Assembly (NCBI GenBank): GCA_050176815.1
Contig: JBFXHR010000003.1
Coordinates: 49,392-113,391 of the forward strand
DNA: 64,000 bases
Source of the DNA: Kiritimatiellia bacterium
GTDB taxonomy: Bacteria > Verrucomicrobiota > Kiritimatiellia > CAIQIC01 > Lenti-01
Reading direction: 5' to 3'
The position numbers and the translations under genes were made by a program. The stretch's first letter is position 1, and each line of letters opens with the position of its first letter. Below are positions 33,474 through 42,032 of the stretch, piece after piece. Under the pieces are notes generated by a model. It ran no database searches, was not told where the DNA came from, and was given only the letters and a program-made list of their open reading frames with translations.

Positions 33474-34150
33474 AAACCGCCGCCGCGCCGCGCAACCGCA
33501 AAAAAGGGGTGCTGATCGTCGACGACCATCCCCTGCTTCGCGATGGACTGGCCAAGGTTCTCAACCAACAGGAAGATTTGGTCGTTTGCGGCGAGGCCGC
33601 CGATGCCCGCGCCGCGCTGGCGATCCTTCCCCAATGCCGGCCCGACGTGGCGATCGTGGACCTGACCCTGGACGAGGGCAACGGGCTGGATTTGATCAAG
33701 GATCTCCGCGCGCAAGACGCCCAGCTGCCCATTCTGGTGCTGTCGATGCACCATGAGGACCTGTACGCGGAACGCGCCATTCGGGCGGGGGCGCGGGGAT
33801 ACGTGATGAAGCGCGAACCGGTGGGCACGGTGCTCGCCGCTTTGCGCAAGGTGTTGGAAGGGCACGTGGCGCTGAGCGAAAACATGGTCAGCCGCCTGCT
33901 CGTCGCGCCGGATCGGGAAAAGAAGTCGCCGACGGGTTCGCCGGCCGATTGGCTGAGCGACCGGGAGCTGGAAATATTCCGGTTGCTCGGCCACGGCATG
34001 GGCACGGCCCAGATCGCGGCCAAGCTGTGCGTGGCGGCCAGCACCGTCGAAACGCACCGGGCCGCCATCAAGCAAAAGCTGGGTCTGGCCTCCGCGACGG
34101 AACTCGTCGCGCGGGCCGCCCAATTCGTCGCCGACGATCGCGACGGCTGA
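33470..34150 (+). CDS. NarL/LuxR-family response regulator (REC + HTH)
   Basis: VLIVDDHPLLRDGL...DVAIVDLTL. C-terminal LSDRELEIFRLLGHGMGTAQIAAKLCVAASTVETHR. ATGA overlap with the kinase gene. Confidence 0.88.
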   Translation: MKTAAAPRNRKKGVLIVDDHPLLRDGLAKVLNQQEDLVVCGEAADARAALAILPQCRPDVAIVDLTLDEGNGLDLIKDLRAQDAQLPILVLSMHHEDLYAERAIRAGARGYVMKREPVGTVLAALRKVLEGHVALSENMVSRLLVAPDREKKSPTGSPADWLSDRELEIFRLLGHGMGTAQIAAKLCVAASTVETHRAAIKQKLGLASATELVARAAQFVADDRDG

Positions 34151-34171
34151 TTTCCCCGCGCCTTTCGTTCC

Positions 34172-34202
34172 GCTCCGGAATCCGGAGCCTCCGTTCATTT
34201 TT
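34172..34202 (+). terminator. Hairpin GCTCCGG-AAT-CCGGAGC followed by a T-rich tract; probable terminator after the response regulator
   Basis: Perfect 7-bp inverted repeat read directly. The T tract begins 9 nt downstream. Confidence 0.4.
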
Positions 34203-34487
34203 CCTAGTGCTTTTTGCTACCCCGCATTCCATTCCCGCACGATACCCCGTTTTTTGAAGCCGAAGTACAGTGTCTTCAGAAAACGGAGGAATGGCCATGC
34301 GCTTCGGCGACTCGGGCGGCGGGAGGAAGTTCGAAACGGCTTGCGACTCCTGCGAGAAACGCATCCAACGGATTTTGAAGGGGGTTCCTCCCGCCCAGCG
34401 GCGCATGGAGGGCGGCTTTGTTTGCGCGGCGCGGCCTGCGGTTGGGCCGGGACCGGCGTCGGCGGCCATATCGTAGGAGGGCAGGAC

Positions 34488-35624
34488 ATGTGGACGATAG
34501 AAGAGTTGCTCGGGAAGGTTTCCTCCTCCGGCGGTTCCGATTTGATCCTCACGGCCGGAGCGCCGCCCAAGCTGAAGATCTTGGGCGTGATGCATTCCGT
34601 GGAAGGCCCCCCCCTGGGAGAAGAGGAAACGAAAGCGCTGGGCCTGTCGGTCCTCAACGAAGCCCAGCGGGAGATTCTCGAAGAAAAGCGCAGCGTGGAT
34701 TTGTCGAAGGGCTTTCCGGGACTGAACCGGTTTCGCTTCAACGTGTTCTACCAGCGCGGGACCCTCGCGCTGGTCGCGCGGCTGATTCCCTATCGGATCC
34801 CGTCGTTCGCCGAGCTGGGCTTGCCGCCCGTCGTCCAGCAGTTCGCCCTCTGTCCCCACGGTCTGGTGCTGATCACCGGGCCGGCGGGCAGCGGAAAATC
34901 GACCACGCTGGCGGCGATGATCGAGTACGTCAACCAGAACCGGTCGCTGCACGTCGTCTGCCTCGAGGATCCGATCGAATATCTGCACTCGCACGGAAAG
35001 AGCATCATCGAGCAGCGGGAAATCTACGACGACGCCCCGTCGTTCGCCGTCGCCCTGCAGGCGGTGTTCCGCCAGTCGCCGGACGTGATCATGATCGGCG
35101 AAATGCGCGACCTCGAGACCATGCAGCTGGCGCTGACGCTGGCGGAGACCGGCCACCTGATTTTCGGCACCTTGCACACGCAGGACACGACCCACGCCAT
35201 CAACCGCATCGTGGACATCTTTCCGCCGGCGCACCAGCAGCAGGTCTACACGCAGCTGTCCATGGTGCTGTCCGGCATCATCTCGCAGGCGCTGCTGCTG
35301 TCGGCGGACCAGTCGCGCCGCGTGCTGGCCTGCGAAGTGCTGCGCGTGAACAACGCCATCGGCAACCTGATCCGCGAACGGCAGCTCCAGCAGGTCTATT
35401 CCGTCATCCAGACCGGCAAGGCCGAAGGGATGATGACGATGAACGAGTCGCTCCGGCGGTGCGTGGCCGAAGGCAAGATCGACCAGGACGTGGCGCTGGA
35501 ACGCTCGCCGCGCCCGCGGGAGCTGGCCCGCATGCTCGGCATGGCCCAGCGGGAGGCCGGCTTTTCCGAAGGGGAGACCGAGTCCCGGACGGAAACGAGG
35601 AAAATCCAAGGAGGCGAAGAATGA
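34488..35624 (+). CDS. pilT: Type IV pilus retraction ATPase PilT
   Basis: AGGAGG ribosome-binding site 9 nt upstream. Walker A GPAGSGKSTT. Asp box, Walker B and His box (VIMIGEMRDLETMQLALTLAETGHLIFGTLHTQD). PilT-specific AIRNLIRE-like motif AIGNLIRE. Confidence 0.92.
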   Translation: MWTIEELLGKVSSSGGSDLILTAGAPPKLKILGVMHSVEGPPLGEEETKALGLSVLNEAQREILEEKRSVDLSKGFPGLNRFRFNVFYQRGTLALVARLIPYRIPSFAELGLPPVVQQFALCPHGLVLITGPAGSGKSTTLAAMIEYVNQNRSLHVVCLEDPIEYLHSHGKSIIEQREIYDDAPSFAVALQAVFRQSPDVIMIGEMRDLETMQLALTLAETGHLIFGTLHTQDTTHAINRIVDIFPPAHQQQVYTQLSMVLSGIISQALLLSADQSRRVLACEVLRVNNAIGNLIRERQLQQVYSVIQTGKAEGMMTMNESLRRCVAEGKIDQDVALERSPRPRELARMLGMAQREAGFSEGETESRTETRKIQGGEE

Positions 35625-37588
35625 ACCCGAGGAATCGAAGCCGCCGCCCCCCCTGGATCCCGTATTTTTTGATGGCCGCCGTTTGGCTGGCGTGCGGAGG
35701 GCGGATTTCCGCCGACGATCCTTCCGAACCGGTATTTCGTGGCCCGTCCGCCAAAATCCCGGCGGAGAAGCCCGCGGGGCCGGCGGCCGGCGCCACCGCG
35801 GACAGGGCCTTGAAGCGGGAGCTGGACGCCGCGCGCGCCAAGGCGGCGGATTTGGAAAAAGCGCTGGCGCAGGAGACGAAGCGCCGGGAAAAAACGGCGG
35901 ACGATCTGGTGGTTGCGTGGAAACAATCGAAGACGGCCCGCGACGAGGTGGATCGGCTGCGCCGGCAACTGGCCGAAAGCGCCCAATCGGCCGTGCGCAT
36001 CCGGGAGTTGGAGCAACGCCTGGAAAAGAAGACCGCGGAATGGAGCGACCGGGGACGGCGGCTCGAATCGGACAAGGTCCTCCAGTCCCGTTTGGAGAAA
36101 CAGATCGCCGATCTCCAAAAACGCGTGGCCGCGGTTTCCGCCCTGTCCCAGGATCTCCGGAAGGCCCAAGCGGACGTGGAGCGCCTGGAGCGGCAGCTGT
36201 CCGAGACCCAGGCCCAACGCCAGACGGCGGCCCGGGCCGGCGAGGAGGCCTTGAAGAAGGCGGATCAGGCGCAACGGCAAGCGGACGCCGCGCGGACGGC
36301 GGCCGAGAACCGGGCCAAAGCGCAGGAGCAGGAGAGCGCGCGCCTGGCGGCGCGCGTGCAGGAGCTGGAAAAGGCGGTGGCGGGCGAAAAGGCGCGCGCG
36401 GACGCGCTGGAGCGGCACCAGGCGGAATCCGCCCGGTCGGCCCAGGAGAGGGAGGCCCCGTTGCGGAAGGAACTGGCGGCCTTGCGCGGGAATCTGGAGG
36501 AGAAGAAGAGGGCCTTGGCGGAATCGGGCGAGCAAATCCGCCGGTTGACGGTGGCCAGCGACGCCCTGGACGCCGCGCGGCAGGCCGAAGCGGAAGCCGC
36601 CGCGAACGCGCGGCGAAAGACGGATGAAGACGTCTCCCGCCTGCGCAAGCAACACTCGACCCAAGCCGCCGAGCTGGATGCGCTGAAGAAACGGCAAGAA
36701 GCCCGGGACCGGCAGTTGGCCTCCGCGGAGCAGAAGCAATTGCAGGCGGCGGCCGACCTCCAGAAGCTCCGGCGGGAACTGGCCGCCCGGGCAGACGAAT
36801 TGGCCGCGCTCCGGGCGCAGCTCGACGAAACCGCGCGGACCGCCGAGGAGCAGAAACGGCAGCAGGCGTCCGACGCGAGGCGGCGGCGCGAGCAAATGAA
36901 GGAAGAGGGGCTGATCCGCCAGGGCAAGGCGCTTCGCGAACAACTGGGGGACGCGGACAACGCCGCCCTGGTGGGATCGCTGAACGACGTGGGTCTGGTG
37001 ATGATGTCGGAGGGCAAGCTGGACGCGGCGGAGGAGATGTTCCGCCGGGCCCAGGCGCTTCTCGACCGGACCGCCGGCCGGGCGAACGCGGCCGCCGGCA
37101 CCCTGCTGCAGCATCTGGCGGAAGTGGCCTGGGCGAAGAATGATTTGGCGGCCGCCGATTCGTATTTCGGGGAAGCGGCGAAGCAATTCTCCGCGGCGCT
37201 GGGGACGTCCCATCCCCGGTATGCCGCGGCGTTGAACGGATGGGCCCGGGTTCGGCACGGCCAGAAGCGCATGGACGCGGCGGAAGAGCTCTATCGGATG
37301 GCCATTCTCGTCTATGAACGGCACGCCCCGCGGAATCCTTCCGATCTGGTCGCGCCGCTGCACAACCTCGGCCTTCTCCTGATGGAGCAGGAACGACTGG
37401 ACGAGGCCGGACCGCTGCTGGAACGGGCGGAGTGCCTTGCGGGAAAAAACGGGACGCCGGGCGACCGCCGGGCGCTGGCCGTTGCGCGGACCTTGACCCG
37501 CTACTACCGCGCGATCGGCAACGAGGAGAAGGCCGCGGAATCCGAAGAGAAAGCCAACGGATTGGCCATGGACGTGTTGATGAAATGA
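35621..37588 (+). CDS. Secreted coiled-coil protein (~400 aa of heptad coiled coil) with C-terminal TPR repeats; FimV/pilotin-like candidate
   Basis: Signal peptide MNPRNRSRRPPWIPYFLMAAVWLACGG. A long Ala/Glu/Arg/Gln-rich coiled coil. C-terminal TPR-like helices (LNDVGLVMMSEGKLDAAEEMFRRAQALL...YRMAILVYERH...NLGLLLMEQERLDEAGPLLERA). ATGA overlap with pilT. Confidence 0.55.
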   Translation: MNPRNRSRRPPWIPYFLMAAVWLACGGRISADDPSEPVFRGPSAKIPAEKPAGPAAGATADRALKRELDAARAKAADLEKALAQETKRREKTADDLVVAWKQSKTARDEVDRLRRQLAESAQSAVRIRELEQRLEKKTAEWSDRGRRLESDKVLQSRLEKQIADLQKRVAAVSALSQDLRKAQADVERLERQLSETQAQRQTAARAGEEALKKADQAQRQADAARTAAENRAKAQEQESARLAARVQELEKAVAGEKARADALERHQAESARSAQEREAPLRKELAALRGNLEEKKRALAESGEQIRRLTVASDALDAARQAEAEAAANARRKTDEDVSRLRKQHSTQAAELDALKKRQEARDRQLASAEQKQLQAAADLQKLRRELAARADELAALRAQLDETARTAEEQKRQQASDARRRREQMKEEGLIRQGKALREQLGDADNAALVGSLNDVGLVMMSEGKLDAAEEMFRRAQALLDRTAGRANAAAGTLLQHLAEVAWAKNDLAAADSYFGEAAKQFSAALGTSHPRYAAALNGWARVRHGQKRMDAAEELYRMAILVYERHAPRNPSDLVAPLHNLGLLLMEQERLDEAGPLLERAECLAGKNGTPGDRRALAVARTLTRYYRAIGNEEKAAESEEKANGLAMDVLMK

Positions 37589-37628
37589 AGCCTCGCGCGA
37601 CAAACGATCGGACGTTCAGGAGGGCGTG

Positions 37629-39398
37629 ATGAGCACAAGTGAATCGACGGCGGAACTCCAGGAGCCGGGCGGCCGCTGCATGGTGGGCGTCCATTTGGAC
37701 ATCGACTCCCTGCGGGTGGCGGCGGTGATCCGGGGTCGCGTGGTCCGGTGGGCCAGCGTGCCCTATCCGGACGGCGTGCAGCCGGGATCGAAGGATTTTC
37801 CGGCCTTTCTGAAAACGGGCATGGCCGATTTCCATTCCGCGTTTTCCCGCGCTTCCCTCTGGGTGGTCGGTCCGTTGCCCAGCCTGCAGGTGAGGTTCCT
37901 GTCGCTGCCCAAGGGGCGGCCGCGCCAGTTGTCGAACCTGGTCTATTGGACGTTTCGCAAGGAAATCCCCTTCGATCCCGTCCAGACGGTTTTCGACTAC
38001 GGCGTGGAGGGCGACCTTTCCGCATCGGGCCAATCCAAGAAAACGGACGTGACGGCCTACACGGTGGCCCGGGGGGACGTGGATGCCCTCGTGGACACGT
38101 TCGACCGCGCGGGGCTGCGCGTGGAGGGCATCGTCCTGCCGTCGTTCGCGCTGCGCAATCTGCTGGGCGCCCGGCCGCCGGCCCATCGCGGGCCCGAACT
38201 GGGCTTGTACGTCGGGGGCGATGCGTCGTCCCTCCTGTTTTTCAAAGGCAAGCGCGTGGTGGCGCACCGCGTGTTCAAGACCGGCATGAACGTCATGCTG
38301 GACGTCTTGCGGGACCGGTATCCGGACTGGTCGCCGGCCAAGACCTATCAAGCGATTCGCGCCGTTCTCGTCTCCGCGGCTTTCCCGGAACCCCGGAGCG
38401 GCGAACGGGGTTCCGACGAAGCGAGCCAGATCATCGGCACCGTCCGCGTCGCCTTCGATCGGCTGGTCCAGCAGGTGGAGCGCTCGATGTCCGCCTATCT
38501 GGTCGGGAAGAGCGAGGAGGAGATTGCGAACGTCTACGTGGCGGGATCCATGGCGGGCCTGCCGACGTTGGTCCAGGAGCTGGGGTCCAAGCTGGGATTG
38601 GCCAGCCGGCCGCTGGATCTCTTCCGGCCGGATTTGATGGAAGCGAAGGGATTGCCGCCGGCGGGGCCGGAAGAAGGCGGCATGATGGCGATTGCGCTGG
38701 GCGCGGCCTTGTCGGATCCCGCGCAGACGCCCAATCTGCTGCATACCTACGTGCAGCGCGCGAAGGAGGCGCGTTGCGCCCGGTGCCGGACGGTCGCCGC
38801 CGTTCTGGGGATCGTCGGGCTGGCCTTGCTGTTGGCCGGGGGGGTCTTGATCGGACACCGCAACCGCCGGCTGCAAACGGAACTGGACGATCTCCAGTCC
38901 CAGATCCGGCAGTTTGCGCCCTATCCGGACCGGGCCATGATCCAGCGCATGGTGGACCAGGCGGCGACCGACAGCCTGCAGATGAAGGGCATGGCGGGCC
39001 GCAGTCTGCCGGTCGCCGCGCTGAACCAATTGGCTCTCGGCACGCCGGAGGATATCCGGCTGACCTCCATCGCGATGGAGCGGTACGCGGAAGTCGGGAC
39101 CGGCAAGAAACCCAAGAAGACCGCGGCATCCGGCGCGGGATCGTCTCCGGAGATCCGCATCCGGATGCAGGGCATGGTAAGGGGCGCCCCCGGCTCCCAG
39201 GAATCCAAACTGGCGGCATACGTCCTGCGGCTGGAGGACGCCGAGATGTTCGAGGGGGTGTCGCTGAACCGTTCCGAGGAAGGGCGGGAAGGCGGAGAGC
39301 AGGTCCTGCTGTTCGATCTGGACATGGGAATGGACGATTTCGCCGATCCTCCGGCGCCGGATCTTGCGCCGATGAACAAGGAAGGAGTGGCCCCATGA
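37629..39398 (+). CDS. pilM: Fused PilM-PilN type IV pilus assembly protein
   Basis: The N-terminal ~370 aa are an actin-like PilM fold (VGVHLDIDSLRVAAV..., YVAGSMAGLP). A single TM helix follows (VAAVLGIVGLALLLAGGVLIG). Then comes a PilN-like periplasmic coiled-coil and domain, all in one ORF. Confidence 0.8.
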   Translation: MSTSESTAELQEPGGRCMVGVHLDIDSLRVAAVIRGRVVRWASVPYPDGVQPGSKDFPAFLKTGMADFHSAFSRASLWVVGPLPSLQVRFLSLPKGRPRQLSNLVYWTFRKEIPFDPVQTVFDYGVEGDLSASGQSKKTDVTAYTVARGDVDALVDTFDRAGLRVEGIVLPSFALRNLLGARPPAHRGPELGLYVGGDASSLLFFKGKRVVAHRVFKTGMNVMLDVLRDRYPDWSPAKTYQAIRAVLVSAAFPEPRSGERGSDEASQIIGTVRVAFDRLVQQVERSMSAYLVGKSEEEIANVYVAGSMAGLPTLVQELGSKLGLASRPLDLFRPDLMEAKGLPPAGPEEGGMMAIALGAALSDPAQTPNLLHTYVQRAKEARCARCRTVAAVLGIVGLALLLAGGVLIGHRNRRLQTELDDLQSQIRQFAPYPDRAMIQRMVDQAATDSLQMKGMAGRSLPVAALNQLALGTPEDIRLTSIAMERYAEVGTGKKPKKTAASGAGSSPEIRIRMQGMVRGAPGSQESKLAAYVLRLEDAEMFEGVSLNRSEEGREGGEQVLLFDLDMGMDDFADPPAPDLAPMNKEGVAP

Positions 39399-39943
39399 AG
39401 ACGCGCGCCCGCCGCCACGGAAGCGGAGTCATCGGCAACGTCGGCTATCTGGTGATCGCGGCCTTGCTGGTCCTGGCCGCGGCAAACCTGTTCGGGCCGG
39501 TGCGGAACTGGTTCCGCCTGAATCGCGAAATAGGCGCGGTCCGGACGCGCCTGGACGAACTCCGGATCCTCTATCCGCTGTATGCGGAACTGGTCGGCTT
39601 GGACCGTCCCGCGCAATGGCCGGGGCTGGCGCTGCCCGTGCCCCGGAAACTCTCGGAGAGCGAAGTGACCGTCATCCCCGATCGTTTCATGGAGGTTGCC
39701 GTCCGCAGCGGGATGCAGCTCGGCGCGGTGAGTCCGCGCGTCGAAACCGACGAGACGGGCCGGCGCTATCTGGCGGTCGAGCTGCATGCCACGGGCCCCT
39801 ACCGGCAACTCCACGCGTTTCTGATGGAACTGGCGCAGATGCCGGTGCTGGAGCGGATCGAAAAACTGGAAGCCAAGCGCGAGGCGCTCCAGGAAGAGTT
39901 CAACGTCCTGGCGCGGCTTTCGCTGGAAGGAGGCGCGCCATGA
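39395..39943 (+). CDS. pilO: Type IV pilus assembly protein PilO-like
   Basis: N-terminal TM helix (GNVGYLVIAALLVLAAANLF), then a coiled-coil and an alpha/beta domain. Lies between pilN and pilP. ATGA overlap. Confidence 0.65.
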   Translation: MKTRARRHGSGVIGNVGYLVIAALLVLAAANLFGPVRNWFRLNREIGAVRTRLDELRILYPLYAELVGLDRPAQWPGLALPVPRKLSESEVTVIPDRFMEVAVRSGMQLGAVSPRVETDETGRRYLAVELHATGPYRQLHAFLMELAQMPVLERIEKLEAKREALQEEFNVLARLSLEGGAP

Positions 39944-40434
39944 CAACCCGGGAGCGCGTGCTGTTGGCGGCCATGGCGGCCGGGGTGGCGTGGGGCGCTT
40001 CGACGCTGGGCGTCGACTACTACCGGAAACACCGCCCGGCGGTGAAAATCGCCCTGCGCCAGGCCGAAATCCGCGGTTTTGCGGAATCGCGGCGGGCCCA
40101 GGTCGCCCCGCTGCGGTTGAGCGAGCGGGAACGGATGGTGTTGAACGAGGCGGTGTCCGCCTGGGCGCCGAGTCCCTTCATCGACCGGGAGGCGTTGGCC
40201 GCGGCGGTGGAAGAGCCGGTCCAGCAGTTTTTCTACACGGGATTCATCCGTGCCGGTTCGCGGACGTTCGCCATTTTGAACGGCCGCGAATACGGGATCT
40301 TGGAGCCGGTCGCCCAGACCGATTTCCACGTGGAATCCATCGAGCCGGACAAGGTGGTGCTTGTCTCGAGCAGCGGCGGGCGCCGCAAAACCATCGCCAT
40401 GCAAACGTCCAACGAGAAAAGGGAGTCGCCATGA
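39940..40434 (+). CDS. pilP: Type IV pilus assembly protein PilP-like
   Basis: N-terminal hydrophobic anchor (LLAAMAAGVAWGAS). Small beta-domain protein immediately upstream of the secretin gene. ATGA overlaps on both sides. Confidence 0.6.
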   Translation: MTTRERVLLAAMAAGVAWGASTLGVDYYRKHRPAVKIALRQAEIRGFAESRRAQVAPLRLSERERMVLNEAVSAWAPSPFIDREALAAAVEEPVQQFFYTGFIRAGSRTFAILNGREYGILEPVAQTDFHVESIEPDKVVLVSSSGGRRKTIAMQTSNEKRESP

Positions 40435-41996
40435 AAAGTACAAGCTGCCTGCGGTCGTTTGGAACATCGCTTGGGGCCGTCTTGCTGCTGGCCGCGGTTT
40501 GGGCCGGCTGCGCGGCTCCATCCGCCGTCGTCCACAAAGAACCCGCCATGGGCGAATGGAAGGAACCGGGCCCGGCGGCCCGGCCGCCCGTTCGGGCCTC
40601 TGCCTCCGCGCTGCCACCCGCGCTGGCCGCGGCTCCGATGAAGCCGCCGGTGCCCGCGGCGCGGATCCCGACGGAACGGGCGCTCCCGACCGACGCGATC
40701 AGCGACCTCGAGCTCGCCGACGAGGCCGACGTGGCGACCGTCCTGCGGACCTTGGCCAAGGCGGCCGGCGTGAACATGCTGGTCAGTCCACAGGTGAAGG
40801 GGAAGATCAGTTTCGCCTTCAAGGACGTGCCGTGGGACCAGGCGTTCCGCAGCGTGATCGTCTCCGCCGGGCTGACCTATGCCTGGGATGGGGACGTGCT
40901 GCGGGTGATGACCCTCGACGACGTGAAGCGAAACCTGGAGATGGAGACGGCGCTCAAGCAGCGCGACGACGTGAAGGCGGAAAAACGGCTGGTCGAGCCC
41001 CTGTTGATCCAGGTGATTCCGATCAAGTATGCCAAGGCCAAGAACGTCGGGGCCACGGTCAAATCGCTGCTGGGGTCCGCCCCGCCTGCGCGCGGCGCGG
41101 CGGCGGAGGCCGCGCCGGGCGTTCAGCGGACCGGCATTTCCATCGACGAGGAGAACAACGCCGTCATCGTGCATGCGATCCGCGAAGAGGTGGACAAGGC
41201 GGTGGCGCTGATTGAACAGCTGGACCGGGTCAAGGCGCAGGTGCACATCGAGGCGCGGATCGTGGAGGCCACCCGGGACGCGGCCCGGCAACTGGGGGTG
41301 CAGTGGGGCGCCTCCTCGGCCCGGGTGGACCATGGACGGCTCGTGACGGTGGGCGGGAGCGGCGCCACGTCCGGCGGCTACAACTCCGATTTTCCCGCCC
41401 AGTTCGCCCAAGGCGCCACCTTGAGTCCCGTGGGGATGGCTCTGGGGCTGGTGTCGGAGGAAATCGGCGGCAGCGAGCTGCTCAGCATGCAGCTGACGGC
41501 CCTGCAGCGCAAAGGCAACATCAAGATCCTGTCCAGTCCCTCCATCACCACCCTCGACAACGAGGCTGCCATCATCAAGAGCGGCGAGGAACGCGCCTAT
41601 CGCTCGACCACGGGCACCGGAAACGAGGCCGACGTGTCCGTCGAATGGAAGGAGGCCGTTCTGGAGCTGAACGTGGTCCCCCACGTCGTCGACGGGGATT
41701 TCCTGCGGGTCGAGATCAACGCCCGGAAGGAATCGTTCGACGAAACCAAGGTGCAGTCCAACGGCGAATATCCCGTCAACAAGAAGCAAGCCTCCACCAC
41801 GGTGCTGTTGCGCAACGGCGAGACGGTCGTCATCGGCGGCCTTTCCCTGGAGAGCGACAGCGACACCCGGTCCGGCATCCCGGTGCTGATGGACCTGCCC
41901 GGCATCGGCGGGCTTTTCAAGAACCGTTCGCAGGCGAAGGCCTTCGACGAGACGCTGATCTTCATCACCCCGAAGATCCTCGCCGAGCGGCCGTAG
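40431..41996 (+). CDS. pilQ: Type IV pilus secretin PilQ
   Basis: Signal peptide. N0/N1 domains. Conserved secretin C-terminal domain (VLLRNGETVVIGGL...GIPVLMDLPGIGGLFK...ETLIFITPKIL). Confidence 0.92.
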   Translation: MKSTSCLRSFGTSLGAVLLLAAVWAGCAAPSAVVHKEPAMGEWKEPGPAARPPVRASASALPPALAAAPMKPPVPAARIPTERALPTDAISDLELADEADVATVLRTLAKAAGVNMLVSPQVKGKISFAFKDVPWDQAFRSVIVSAGLTYAWDGDVLRVMTLDDVKRNLEMETALKQRDDVKAEKRLVEPLLIQVIPIKYAKAKNVGATVKSLLGSAPPARGAAAEAAPGVQRTGISIDEENNAVIVHAIREEVDKAVALIEQLDRVKAQVHIEARIVEATRDAARQLGVQWGASSARVDHGRLVTVGGSGATSGGYNSDFPAQFAQGATLSPVGMALGLVSEEIGGSELLSMQLTALQRKGNIKILSSPSITTLDNEAAIIKSGEERAYRSTTGTGNEADVSVEWKEAVLELNVVPHVVDGDFLRVEINARKESFDETKVQSNGEYPVNKKQASTTVLLRNGETVVIGGLSLESDSDTRSGIPVLMDLPGIGGLFKNRSQAKAFDETLIFITPKILAERP

Positions 41997-42032
41997 GCGG
42001 CGATCCGGGGCCGCGCAAGGGAGACGCCGGGC

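Noticed and set aside
34151-34487. c-di-GMP riboswitch or small ORF (34270-34476, 68 aa) in the 337-nt pilT leader
   Set aside because: No GEMM-I/II consensus segments could be found by eye. The small ORF has no ribosome-binding site, is Gly/Ala/Arg-rich and sits in an unfavourable context. It is more likely an untranslated leader; this needs Rfam scanning to settle.
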